A stretch of 64,000 nt of DNA, taken from assembly GCA_965207445.1 (NCBI GenBank), contig CBDBLX010000002.1, positions 1,239,849 through 1,303,848 of the forward strand, given 5' to 3'. The translations under genes were made by a program, and so were the position numbers. The notes beneath the pieces were generated by a model, which was given only the letters and a program-made list of their open reading frames with translations, had not been told where the DNA came from and searched no databases. Shown here piece after piece: positions 10,509 through 21,122 of this stretch; positions within the stretch are counted from its first letter, which is position 1, and every line of letters starts with the position of its first letter. The DNA is from Nitrosopumilus sp. (GTDB lineage Archaea > Thermoproteota > Nitrososphaeria > Nitrososphaerales > Nitrosopumilaceae).

Positions 10509-10896
10509 ATCCGATCAAAAATCCTCCTATTCCCTTTTGTAGTGCATCGTGGTGTGACATGACACCTTGATTTGTGGTGACTAGTAACATTCCACGATTA
10601 TATGCTGGCAAATACTGTTGCTCCCACTTGTTAAACTCGTCTTTTCGTACCTTGAATCGTGGTGATATTGCACCGCATTTGTTGATCTTGGCCAACAGTT
10701 TGATCTGAAATTTACCGCCCCGCTTGTCATCAACACGCTCAAAGTCCTCAATATACTCTTCACGCTTTAGAGTCTCTAATACCTCAACTGCCAAATTTGA
10801 TGTAGGTAGTATGACACATTCACGCTTTCGACGGGCCTCATTATTGTACAACGTCACAAAAAGATTTGCAAGTATATTAGTCGCCGGCATTTTCAT
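10498..10896 (-). CDS. rps8: 30S ribosomal protein uS8
   Basis: INKCGAISPRF, TTNQGVMSH. Confidence 0.97.
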   Translation of the reverse strand: MKMPATNILANLFVTLYNNEARRKRECVILPTSNLAVEVLETLKREEYIEDFERVDDKRGGKFQIKLLAKINKCGAISPRFKVRKDEFNKWEQQYLPAYNRGMLLVTTNQGVMSHHDALQKGIGGFLIGYVY

Positions 10897-10904
10897 ATCT
10901 CCAT

Positions 10905-11084
10905 TTACATATTTTTCCTAAATCCTAAAGACGGTGCAACTTCTCTAAAGCATTGTCTGCACAACATCAAGTTGTACTTTTGTATAACACCTGTGTATGC
11001 ACCACATCTTTTGCACCATCTAGAACCGCGCCCAAAGTCGTGCTTTTTTCTCCCTGTAAATTCGTATGATCTATCTTTTGCCAT
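10905..11084 (-). CDS. rps14: 30S ribosomal protein uS14 (absent from ORF track)
   Basis: Hand translation [28 protein letters not shown]...LCRQCFRE. Confidence 0.95.
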   Translation of the reverse strand: MAKDRSYEFTGRKKHDFGRGSRWCKRCGAYTGVIQKYNLMLCRQCFREVAPSLGFRKNM

Positions 11085-11977
11085 TATGTTGCTACCTCTA
11101 CTCCAAACTTTGAGACTATGAATCTTTTTGCGTCCTCGCGTGATATGACATGTGTATGTCCTATACTTGCTCTGTGTTTGCTTCGTTTACGTATGCTGTA
11201 TCCGGGCCGTGCAAGTGCAACTGATACTCCTAGGCCAAGTATTCCTATTTGTGGCTCATACTTGACACCTGGTATGTCAATATGCTCTCGTATTCCAAAT
11301 GAATAATTTCCAAAGTTATCAAATGAGCGACCATTCACGATATTTCCCTTTGCTTCTAATAGTCGCTTTAATAGTTCATGGGCTTTATTTCCTCTGACAG
11401 TGACAGAGACTCCTATTGGTTCACCCTTTCGCACACCCCAGTCTCTTTGACTATCTCGTGCATTACGTTGGCTTGGTCTGCTTCCTTGTGTAATCTGTTC
11501 TAGGGCTTTTTTTGCAATGTTTATTGACTCGCCTGATCTACCCATGCCCATATTCAAGACTATTTTTTCAAGGTATATCTTTTTCATTGGATTGTCATTA
11601 TTGTCATCATCTTTTTTGCTTTCTTGTTGTGTGTTTGGTTGTGATGCTGTTTCTACAGATTGGTCTGATTGGGGTGCTGACTCTGATACTTCTGACTCTG
11701 ATACTTCTGACTCTGATACTATCGCCGCATCATCAGATGTATCTTTTTGAGTCGTTGTATCTTTTACCTGTAATTCATCAGAATCATCACTAGCAGATGT
11801 ACTTTGCGTTTGCTTTGTAATGGATGCATTTATTGTTTGTAAATCCACATCGCATACATTTTTGACAGAGTCCTTCATCTGGGCACGTAATTGAGGTGTA
11901 GGACATTTTCCTAATGTAATGAGATCATCTGCACTTTTCAGATCTTGCTGTGCTGGTATATCTTGCTGCGTTGTCAT
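11084..11977 (-). CDS. rpl5: 50S ribosomal protein uL5 with ~125-aa N-terminal extension
   Basis: Core from [30 protein letters not shown] coupling to rps4e. Confidence 0.95.
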   Translation of the reverse strand: MTTQQDIPAQQDLKSADDLITLGKCPTPQLRAQMKDSVKNVCDVDLQTINASITKQTQSTSASDDSDELQVKDTTTQKDTSDDAAIVSESEVSESEVSESAPQSDQSVETASQPNTQQESKKDDDNNDNPMKKIYLEKIVLNMGMGRSGESINIAKKALEQITQGSRPSQRNARDSQRDWGVRKGEPIGVSVTVRGNKAHELLKRLLEAKGNIVNGRSFDNFGNYSFGIREHIDIPGVKYEPQIGILGLGVSVALARPGYSIRKRSKHRASIGHTHVISREDAKRFIVSKFGVEVAT

Positions 11978-12698
11978 TATACTCGTACCTCTATTACAGG
12001 TTTGTCCTTGCCTATTGTCATTATTATATCTGCAGGAATCTCTATTGTACGTTCATCTAATTCAAGCAAGACACGCTTTGGCAAATTAAATGTGCCTGGT
12101 GATATTGTTATTATCTTGCCAATACCTCCTGCATTTATTCCACGTGTGACTAGTGCCTGGGAGCCTTCCTCAAACTTTATCACATCAAGTATCTTTTGCT
12201 CTGGTACTTGTAAAAGGCAGGTGTCTCCAATCTTTACTGCAGTGTCAGTTATGATTGATCGTCCATCGTGGAATCCAACTTGCATTTTATTGTGAGATAT
12301 TGTGGTCTTTTTTGTGACTCTGACTAGTTTCTTGTTTCTCTCAGATGCGTCCTTGATCTTTATTGGTGCTAACAATTTACCTTTTATTGGAACTAGTCTA
12401 TATGCATCATCAACACCATCAAGCTCTATTATATCCATCAATCCAATGGCATGGTGCAAAGACTTGCGTACTATGCCATCTACCTTTATCTTTCCTGCAT
12501 ATATGGTCGCCTTTGCTTCACGTAGAGTCGTGACGATCTTTAACGTGTCGCGTAAAAACACCGCAGTTGGGATTGATACGTGTTTTCCGTGAGGACCGGG
12601 TTTTACAGTAACTACAAAGCGTTTGTCTTTGCGTGTAATGCCCCAGAAAAGTGGTGCCATTTGGCGCTTTAGTTTTTTGCTTCCTGATATACTGACCA

Positions 12699-12699
<1 letters not shown>
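11977..12699 (-). CDS. rps4e: 30S ribosomal protein eS4
   Basis: KLKRQMAP, PGPH, S4e fold motifs. Confidence 0.97.
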
Positions 12700-13547
<848 letters not shown>

Positions 13548-13970
13548 TCATATCACCGTCGATGCCAAATTGGCTACTCTGGGCCACTTTTCAGTAGCCT
13601 CTGCTGCTACAGGTCCTTTGATATCCGTACCCTTTGTCTCACCTTCAGGTGTTATAAGAACTGCTGCATTATCCTCAAAACAGACTCGCACTCCATTTAA
13701 TCTACGTACTGCATACTTTTGTCGTATTATAACTGCCCCATACACTTGCTTTCTGAGCTCAGCCGGTCCCTTTTTCACCACCACATTACAAAAGTCACCT
13801 ACTGCTGCAGCAGGCAATCTAGATGCACGTGTCTTGTGACGTGGGACATTGATCACCTCTAATATCTTTGCTCCAGAGTTATCGGCACATACTATATTAG
13901 CACCAACTGGTATTGACCGCGTCACATATGGTCTGAACTCTTCTACACCCTTGCCAGCCTGTTTTGCCAT
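13548..13970 (-). CDS. rpl14: 50S ribosomal protein uL14
   Basis: CADNSGAK, FEDNAAV; start MAKQ at 13970. Confidence 0.97.
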   Translation of the reverse strand: MAKQAGKGVEEFRPYVTRSIPVGANIVCADNSGAKILEVINVPRHKTRASRLPAAAVGDFCNVVVKKGPAELRKQVYGAVIIRQKYAVRRLNGVRVCFEDNAAVLITPEGETKGTDIKGPVAAEATEKWPRVANLASTVI

Positions 13971-14323
13971 TATTTGCGTCGAACCTCCACTATAACATAA
14001 GAGACAGTCTTTGATATTGGTCTGCATTCTGCTGCAATAACTCTATCACCATTATTCACCTCGATGCATTCTGGCACGTGAGCATGTATTGTACTCTTAC
14101 CTCTAGCATATCGCTTGAACTTGCCAAAGTATATTGGAACATACTTTTGTAATGTTGCAGTCTGTTTTGCTTTGGAACCTGTCACCGTACCATCAAATAA
14201 CTTGCCACGTACGGGAAGTTTACCGCAGTATGGACAATTCTTATCGGTACATGTTTCTTTTGGAGGAACTAGTACAATACCGATGTTGTCACGACGTTTC
14301 AGTTCTACACTTTTTGCTACCAT
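13970..14323 (-). CDS. rps17: 30S ribosomal protein uS17
   Basis: CTDKNCPY, ECRPISKT. Confidence 0.97.
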   Translation of the reverse strand: MVAKSVELKRRDNIGIVLVPPKETCTDKNCPYCGKLPVRGKLFDGTVTGSKAKQTATLQKYVPIYFGKFKRYARGKSTIHAHVPECIEVNNGDRVIAAECRPISKTVSYVIVEVRRK

Positions 14324-14649
14324 TATATCATCACCCTCTCAAATGGCCTTTGCATTATATCATCACCATATATACTACCAACCTCAACTAGTGTTTTACC
14401 CTCCTCCATGTGTAATACCTGCAATCGTGTTTTATGTTTTGGTATCTGTTTTGTAATACCTTGTTTGGTGACAATTGTAATCATGTGCTTTGACTCGTAT
14501 ATGACCTTGCCACTCTGATTTATCAAACTATGGTTTGATGCATCAAGAACAACTACATGCATGCCGATCAACTCACATACATCTGTACATTTAGTAATAG
14601 ATCTCTCCATACTTTTATCATCATCATCTGTGTTTTGTAGTTGTATCAT
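14323..14649 (-). CDS. rnp1: RNase P protein component 1 (Rpp29/Pop4)
   Basis: ELIG..V, G.VIYESK, IPK, RPFER; canonical position between rpl29 and rps17. Confidence 0.88.
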   Translation of the reverse strand: MIQLQNTDDDDKSMERSITKCTDVCELIGMHVVVLDASNHSLINQSGKVIYESKHMITIVTKQGITKQIPKHKTRLQVLHMEEGKTLVEVGSIYGDDIMQRPFERVMI

Positions 14650-14888
14650 TTCTTACTCCTCTTTTCTTCAATTTGTTTGGCATATGCTTCTAATACAAGC
14701 TCAGAGAGTCTCGTCTCCATGCGTGCAATGTTGCGTCGTATTGGTCTGAGTCTGCCACTCTCTTTTTTGAGTGTGCCCTTTGCACCCACTGCTCTTAATT
14801 TTGCAAGCTCACTGCGCGACTCGCGTATCTTTTTTTGCAAATCGTCTTGTGAATAACTCCTAATCGTATTCATATATTTTTTACTCAT
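14646..14888 (-). CDS. rpl29: 50S ribosomal protein uL29
   Basis: [10 protein letters not shown]. Confidence 0.95.
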   Translation of the reverse strand: MSKKYMNTIRSYSQDDLQKKIRESRSELAKLRAVGAKGTLKKESGRLRPIRRNIARMETRLSELVLEAYAKQIEEKRSKK

Positions 14889-15718
14889 TTCAGCGATGCC
14901 TCCTCTTCTTCCATACTGTCTAGTTGCTTTATGTGTTCTTCCTCCATTTTAATGTGCTCTGATTCTGTAGTGACGCCTTTTGTCTCTTTTATAGATTCAT
15001 CATCAATCACAATACCTTGATCTACATCCTCCTGCTCATTTGCATTATGTCCATCCACTTTATCTGATAATTTTTTCTCTTTTCTCTTTTTGTCATCCCT
15101 TGCCTCTTTGTTCTTTTCACGGTCTGTAATTGAGCGCATCTCAAACTCTGGAGGACTTCTATCCTTGTGTGCAATTCTAATACGAATTCCAATAAGTCCC
15201 ATGGGTGTATTGACATGTGCTATATCTTCATCAACTATAATCTCCGCATGGTGCCCTGCACGTGGCAAGACTCCTGCTGTATGCTTTTCAAATGCAGATC
15301 TGTCACCGCGGAGTTTTCCTGATACTGTAATTTGTACACCCATCGCACCATTCTCCATTACTTGATTCAATGTCCACATTGTAGCACGTCGAAATGCTGT
15401 TCCGCGCTCCAAGTGTGCTGCCATTCTATTGCACATCACATTAGGGGATAATTCGGGTGTTGTAATCTCTACTACTGATATCTGTGGGTTTTTTAATCCA
15501 AAGTCTGACTCTAATTTCTCAGTCAACTCACGGATTCCTGTACCTTTTCTGCCAATTACTATACCTGGTCGTGTAACATGCAAACCTATACGAGTACCTG
15601 TAGGTGTCTTTGATATCTCAGCATGTGAAAATCCTGCCTCTTTGATTGACTCTTTAAGATACTCGTGCAAGAGCATCATGTTATAGTTGTCTTTGATTAC
15701 ATTTTTAATTGCTGACAT
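14885..15718 (-). CDS. rps3: 30S ribosomal protein uS3 with charged C-terminal tail
   Basis: [16 protein letters not shown]. Confidence 0.97.
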   Translation of the reverse strand: MSAIKNVIKDNYNMMLLHEYLKESIKEAGFSHAEISKTPTGTRIGLHVTRPGIVIGRKGTGIRELTEKLESDFGLKNPQISVVEITTPELSPNVMCNRMAAHLERGTAFRRATMWTLNQVMENGAMGVQITVSGKLRGDRSAFEKHTAGVLPRAGHHAEIIVDEDIAHVNTPMGLIGIRIRIAHKDRSPPEFEMRSITDREKNKEARDDKKRKEKKLSDKVDGHNANEQEDVDQGIVIDDESIKETKGVTTESEHIKMEEEHIKQLDSMEEEEASLK

Positions 15719-15720
15719 AC

Positions 15721-16188
15721 TTACACCTCTACTGCAACCAATTCCAAGTGAGCCAATGCATTGTTATTTGGTGTAGCAGTTCCTCGTGCTCGCGGTATTA
15801 TTCTCTTAATTATGGTACCTTTATGAACAGTTGCATTAATTATCTTGAGACGATCAACATCAAAGCCTTGATATCCTGCATTTGCCTCTAAATTGTCCAA
15901 TGTTTTGATAAACTCACGTGCAGTCTTTTGCGGATAGCGTCCTGCCATCATACCTGGGTCTGAGCGATGACCTACTTGTCCTTTGTATCTACCAAATGCT
16001 ACTGCACGTTTTTTGTCAACTACTGCCAAAAGATAATCACGAGCTGCCTCTACACGTAACCCTAGTATGGCCTTTGCAACCTCGCGGGCATGTTTGTGTG
16101 ACATGTTGCATTCTCTCAATGATGCACGTACATGCTTTGTACTATCAAATCCTTGAAATGCATATCCATGTCTTGCCATCATCATCAC
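15721..16188 (-). CDS. rpl22: 50S ribosomal protein uL22
   Basis: [19 protein letters not shown]; exact start uncertain. Confidence 0.96.
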   Translation of the reverse strand: MMMMARHGYAFQGFDSTKHVRASLRECNMSHKHAREVAKAILGLRVEAARDYLLAVVDKKRAVAFGRYKGQVGHRSDPGMMAGRYPQKTAREFIKTLDNLEANAGYQGFDVDRLKIINATVHKGTIIKRIIPRARGTATPNNNALAHLELVAVEV

Positions 16189-16583
16189 TACTTTAATGGC
16201 ACATATAGACTAGACCTCGAAGCACCTACACCTGGTGCTCCATGAGAGACTTTTTTATTGGTAATTACATATTCACCCAAGTAATGCCCGATCATCTCTG
16301 ATCTTATTACAATGGGTACAAATTCTTTGCCAGAAAATACATGAACAGTTGTACCGACCATAGTCGGTAGTATAATTAAATCACGCAGATGTGTCTTTAT
16401 TGGGTTAGTTGTCTTGCCCTCTTTTGCAGATTTGATCTCTGCGATGAGTTTACGTTTTCCATCTGTAATGCCGCGTGTAAGTGAGCGTCTCTGTCTAGAG
16501 TTCAACAACCCAAAGATACGCTCAAGTGATGCAGACTCTAGTTCTGGTTGCGCAATACCTCTATAGTTAAACTCTTTTACCAT
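16188..16583 (-). CDS. rps19: 30S ribosomal protein uS19
   Basis: KTHLRD, MIGHYLGE; start MVKEF. Confidence 0.97.
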   Translation of the reverse strand: MVKEFNYRGIAQPELESASLERIFGLLNSRQRRSLTRGITDGKRKLIAEIKSAKEGKTTNPIKTHLRDLIILPTMVGTTVHVFSGKEFVPIVIRSEMIGHYLGEYVITNKKVSHGAPGVGASRSSLYVPLK

Positions 16584-16809
16584 TGCGTGGCACCTCTTTG
16601 AGTATTCGTATATGAAAACATCTGCATCATGCGTGGCGTGCATAATTCGTGGTTATTATATGTGGTGAAATTGTACTTTTGTGCAACGTCTAATATAATA
16701 TGCATATATGGATTTTGATGTAATGTGTGAGATGCGTCTTTTATCTTGTATGTGTGTGCGGGATTGTCACATGTGGCACTCAATTGTATCACACTCAATT
16801 GTATCTCAC

Positions 16810-17121
16810 TCAAATCATACCCACATCCGTTGCAAGGTCCCTTGCATGCTCTGCATTATCAAATTTAACAAATGCCTTTTTGCCATATATTGTTCTAGTT
16901 GTGTTTATACGTATTACGTTTTTACCATATAAGACTTTGATTGCTTTTGCAATGTCACGTTTTGATGCAGTTCTCTCAACAAGAAAACATATGACTGCAT
17001 TAGTTTCGACCATTGAGAATGTGCGTTCTGTCACATATGGTCGAATTACTATTCGAGCAGCTGTATCTGCATCCATATTTGGGGATTTGTCATGTGGTGA
17101 TAATTGTGAGCCGAGTCTCAT
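16810..17121 (-). CDS. rpl23: 50S ribosomal protein uL23
   Basis: RPYVTE, GKKAFVKF; ATGA overlap with rpl4. Confidence 0.95.
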   Translation of the reverse strand: MRLGSQLSPHDKSPNMDADTAARIVIRPYVTERTFSMVETNAVICFLVERTASKRDIAKAIKVLYGKNVIRINTTRTIYGKKAFVKFDNAEHARDLATDVGMI

Positions 17122-18341
17122 TGTGCGCGCACCTCTGGTGTAATTATGGTTTGCAGATGTGTAGACTTTATTTTGTCTAACTGTGCGATGGCAGATTCAG
17201 TATATATGGTCAATCTTGCAGCAGTGGCACCGGGTGCCAAGTCTAGTACACTTAGTTCTGATACTGCCTTTGCATCAACGCCTGGCAATGAACCTATGGC
17301 ATTTTTTAGATCTGCTGCATGGTCGTGTATGACAAACAGTATGCTCTTTCCGGCCTTTTTTGAGCGTCCACGAAGTGATGGTCTACCTGAGCGTGCCTTG
17401 CGACCATATAGTCGGTTTACATCTTGCATCAAGTTTAGACGCTCTAGTAATAATACTACATTGCGTGTTGTCGTATAATTTGCAATATTATCATTCACAA
17501 CGATTGGAAACTTTTGGCCGTACTGTGCAGTGTATGAGTTGATCTTATGCCCGCGTGAGGAGATCAAATACTCTGATGCAGTAGATGCAACAGCAGAACA
17601 TAGTGCCAATCTCTTTTCCTTTTTGTTTATCTGTTTGTAAATTACCTTTTGTGATGTGGGTGGGTGTGCTTGGCGTCCACCTCTAGTTGATGCGACCTCT
17701 GCACCTTCTCCTCTACGACGTCCACCACCACCTGTAGCACGCGCAACTCTAGATATCCCTCTACCTGTGGGTGGGTCATTGGAGTCTGCAACTACATCCA
17801 TTCCGGCAGTCGGGTGTCTGCCTTGTGGTTGGAACGAGTGTGACTCTAAGTTAACATATACTTTATGAATTAGATCTGGCCTGTATGGAGTGCTAAATAT
17901 GAGTGGAAGATCAACTGATATTACAGCAGAGTTGTCTTGTACAATGGTGTCAGGTGTGTCATCGTCTTTTTTGTTGCTGTACTCTTTATCATCATCATCA
18001 TCATCATCACCGCCATCATCATAATTATCATCATCATCACCGCCATCATTTGTGATATACTCAGGCTTTGTCGTGTTCTCATCTTTGTCGTATACTGTAC
18101 TATGGACAGTATCATCTGATGTATCCTCTAGTATATCTATCTCTGGTCTCTTATCAAGTGACACATCAGCAAGTATATCTACAGAATTAAGATTGTTTTG
18201 CGTATCGCTACTTTGTGTACTATCTGAGCCCTCACTGTGTTGAGTGTTACTATTACCATCATCATCATCATAATTTGTGACATGCTCAGGCTTTGTCGTG
18301 TTCTCATCTTTGTTACTATTATTATCCCCATCATCTGCCAT
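17118..18341 (-). CDS. rpl4: 50S ribosomal protein uL4 with ~140-aa acidic N-terminal extension
   Basis: LPLIFSTPYRPDLI, GGRQAHPP, DLAPG; TAATG coupling to rpl3. Confidence 0.95.
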   Translation of the reverse strand: MADDGDNNSNKDENTTKPEHVTNYDDDDGNSNTQHSEGSDSTQSSDTQNNLNSVDILADVSLDKRPEIDILEDTSDDTVHSTVYDKDENTTKPEYITNDGGDDDDNYDDGGDDDDDDDKEYSNKKDDDTPDTIVQDNSAVISVDLPLIFSTPYRPDLIHKVYVNLESHSFQPQGRHPTAGMDVVADSNDPPTGRGISRVARATGGGGRRRGEGAEVASTRGGRQAHPPTSQKVIYKQINKKEKRLALCSAVASTASEYLISSRGHKINSYTAQYGQKFPIVVNDNIANYTTTRNVVLLLERLNLMQDVNRLYGRKARSGRPSLRGRSKKAGKSILFVIHDHAADLKNAIGSLPGVDAKAVSELSVLDLAPGATAARLTIYTESAIAQLDKIKSTHLQTIITPEVRAQ

Positions 18342-19381
18342 TATACAACAACCTCCAGTATGTTTGGCTTTGAGACCTTTGCAGGTTTGTTTCTAATCTG
18401 ACTTCTCAACTTTACTAGTCTACGATATGTGCCAGGAATAGATCCTTTTAGTATAATATACTCGCCCTTTACTAGTCCAAAGTGCTTGTATCCGCCTGCA
18501 GGATTGATTCCACCTTTGCTATTTTGGTTATCACTATTTTTATGATCATCATTTAAATCATCTGTTGTATTTCCTATGACCATTATCCGTTTGTCATATT
18601 CTATTCTTTGATGAAATCCAAACTGTCCTGCTCTTGGAACAGTATACATGACACTTTGCGGTGATATTGGACCTAGTGAACCGACCTCACGAACAGTCTT
18701 TCTTGACTTGTGTTGTTTCTTTTTGACATTCCATCTCTTTAGAACACCTTGCCATCCCTTGCCCTTTGTGATTGCTGCAACATCAACACTACTACCAGTA
18801 TCAAATGTATCTGATATACTAATCTGTTTGCCAAGGTTACTTTTTAGATACTCAAACTGACTCTTTATGTCTCCTCCACCAACAGCACTCTCAAACACAT
18901 ATGGCTTTTTTTGATCCAGTCCTGCTTGTCTTGGAGATACTGCTAGTATTGCGTATAACTCTACTATCTTATTTAGCGACTTTTCTGCATCATCAATTGC
19001 ACTCTCATCACGGTTTTTGAGTTTGATTACTTTGGACATATTTCGTGGAATGTCATCTGTATAAACATCAAATGCAGCATACCTGCCAATTGAGACATCT
19101 TTTGCATATCCGCGTATACCTAGTACTAGCACTGGTGGTGTTGCAAGTACCGTACCTAGACTTACTAGTTGTTTTCCTGCATTTGGTACCTTTTCTCTAT
19201 CATCAATACTTACAACTTGCACACATCCGGCTTTGAATCCACAATGCGCTAGTATGTGTGGCTCATCGGACTCATCAGTTGTAGGCCATGCCCTAATACG
19301 AGCCTCCATGCTTTTAGCACGTATGCGAGGTGAGTATGCCAAACTTCCTCTACGCGGTGAGTGTCTCTTTCTTGCTCCCAT
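18341..19381 (-). CDS. rpl3: 50S ribosomal protein uL3
   Basis: HSPRRGSLAYSPR, TKGKGWQG, RAGQFGFH. Confidence 0.97.
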   Translation of the reverse strand: MGARKRHSPRRGSLAYSPRIRAKSMEARIRAWPTTDESDEPHILAHCGFKAGCVQVVSIDDREKVPNAGKQLVSLGTVLATPPVLVLGIRGYAKDVSIGRYAAFDVYTDDIPRNMSKVIKLKNRDESAIDDAEKSLNKIVELYAILAVSPRQAGLDQKKPYVFESAVGGGDIKSQFEYLKSNLGKQISISDTFDTGSSVDVAAITKGKGWQGVLKRWNVKKKQHKSRKTVREVGSLGPISPQSVMYTVPRAGQFGFHQRIEYDKRIMVIGNTTDDLNDDHKNSDNQNSKGGINPAGGYKHFGLVKGEYIILKGSIPGTYRRLVKLRSQIRNKPAKVSKPNILEVVV

Positions 19382-19404
19382 GTGCCCTGCGTGGATTCCG
19401 GACC

Positions 19405-19422
19405 CCTTTTAAACCCTTTTAC
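19405..19422 (-). promoter_or_regulatory. Putative BRE/TATA promoter of the r-protein cluster
   Basis: AAAAGGG-TTTAAAA on the minus strand about 25-30 nt upstream of the rpl3 ATG. Confidence 0.55.
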
Positions 19423-19530
19423 AATGTGGTTAACCATAATATTTTTACTAGTTAACATAAATAATAATACATATTAATATAATTGAATGTATTTTTGACA
19501 TTAACATATATATCACTATTATTATTTCCA

Positions 19531-19600
19531 CAACAACCCATGACACCTCTGCAACAACCCATGACACCTCTGCAACAACCCATGACACCTCTGCAACAAC
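19531..19600. repeat. 21-bp tandem repeat x3.3 (CAACAACCCATGACACCTCTG)
   Basis: Direct observation. Confidence 0.95.
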
Positions 19601-19621
19601 ACATTGTACATCTACTATCCT

Positions 19622-20530
19622 ATGATTAGAATGACTCAGCAAAACAGATTAAATCATAAAAAGAGAAAAACACTAGGCCAGCACTTTTTGATATCTAGTG
19701 ATGTTGCACGACGTATTGTGTCTGCTGCCAATTTAAAAAATACTGAAACTGTATTTGAGCTTGGAACTGGCTATGGTATACTTACAGCATTACTGCCCCA
19801 AAGAGCAAAGTATGTGATATCAGTCGACATTGATCCTACCCTTGTAAATCATGTAAAAAATATCCTTGTAAAGTTTAAGAATTTACAACTTTTATGTAAT
19901 AATGGATTTGACGCAATACAGACTAATTATTTTGATCATTTAAACCCTGATACAATAAGACCTACTTGCTGTGATGTGTTCGTCTCTAATCTTCCTTACT
20001 CTCGTAGTCGATGTGCAATAGAGCACCTAGCATCTGCTAACTTTGGACGTTGCATAATAATGATTCAAAAAGAGTTTGCATCCAAACTTTTTGCTGACAT
20101 ATCATCTGTTAATCTTAATAGTGTAAATAGACGCGCAATAAGCATAATTGCACAATACTGTTTTGATATGCGTGTTGTTATGAGTGTCTCTGCTAGATGC
20201 TTTAAACCGCCTCCAAAGGTTGATTCTGTAGTTGTAACATTGATAAGAAAAAATAAACTAAGTCGCCATCAAATACAGATGATCAATAAACTGTTCTCTT
20301 ATAGAAGAAAATACATCTCAACTATTTTACGTATTATTCATGATGAGCACATCGACAATTTGAATTATCAAACAAGTGATCAAAAAAAATCTATCTCAAC
20401 TAATGCCGTTTTGAAATCTTTTGTTTCTGACATGCTAGACAAAAATATTGACATGTTAAGACTCGATGATCTTGCATCAGATGATGTGGTTCAACTAGCA
20501 AATGCTTTGTTGTTACATACACATCAATAG
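19622..20530 (+). CDS. ksgA: 16S rRNA adenine dimethyltransferase (KsgA/Dim1)
   Basis: LGQHFL, ELGTGYG, SNLPY, QKEFA, FKPPPKVDS. Confidence 0.93.
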   Translation: MIRMTQQNRLNHKKRKTLGQHFLISSDVARRIVSAANLKNTETVFELGTGYGILTALLPQRAKYVISVDIDPTLVNHVKNILVKFKNLQLLCNNGFDAIQTNYFDHLNPDTIRPTCCDVFVSNLPYSRSRCAIEHLASANFGRCIIMIQKEFASKLFADISSVNLNSVNRRAISIIAQYCFDMRVVMSVSARCFKPPPKVDSVVVTLIRKNKLSRHQIQMINKLFSYRRKYISTILRIIHDEHIDNLNYQTSDQKKSISTNAVLKSFVSDMLDKNIDMLRLDDLASDDVVQLANALLLHTHQ

Positions 20531-21020
20531 TCTACAACGTGCTTAATTTCAATGATCTTGTTTTTAATTATATAGTGTGGCACATTTATCATGGCAAGTA
20601 ACTGCCATGCTCTAATTTCTATAAAGCAGTCTTTTGATCAATCCGGCAATTGAATCCATAAATCATCTGTTGTGAATAATTTTCCACCATAGTCGTCGGA
20701 TGCCGCGGCTTGTTTTATGATCAGGACAAATCTTTCGTGTCGGCCCGTAGAGTTCCTCATTACATACCATGAGACGGCATTCCTCGGCCATAGCGATGCT
20801 CCTCTATGGACTTTTTTTATGTCAATGGTCTTTACTGCCAGTATCAGGTATATGCTCCCCGATGCTGACTGCGCATTGATTATGGTGACAGAAAAACTCG
20901 CGATCAAACAGTACGAGGCGCGCATGTACCTTGTAGTCGCGCAGAATCTGTACAAATTTACACACGAAATCAACGTCAGATGTGTCACGCGTAACTGTGG
21001 CGCAGCCAAGTACTATGTTC
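20525..21020 (-). pseudogene. ISH3-family transposase remnant
   Basis: LVLFDREFF; 3' region resembles 57066-57250. Confidence 0.6.
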
Positions 21021-21122
21021 ACGTTACTTTGGTCTCTACTGCATCACTCTAATTCTATAGTTTTATAATATAACAATATAATATTCACATTACTTATAAC
21101 CAATTCAACTTGAAAAAACTTA

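Noticed and set aside
19448..19642. CRISPR array or VVAEVSW-repeat ORF
   Set aside because: Contiguous tandem repeat without spacers; ORF is a by-product
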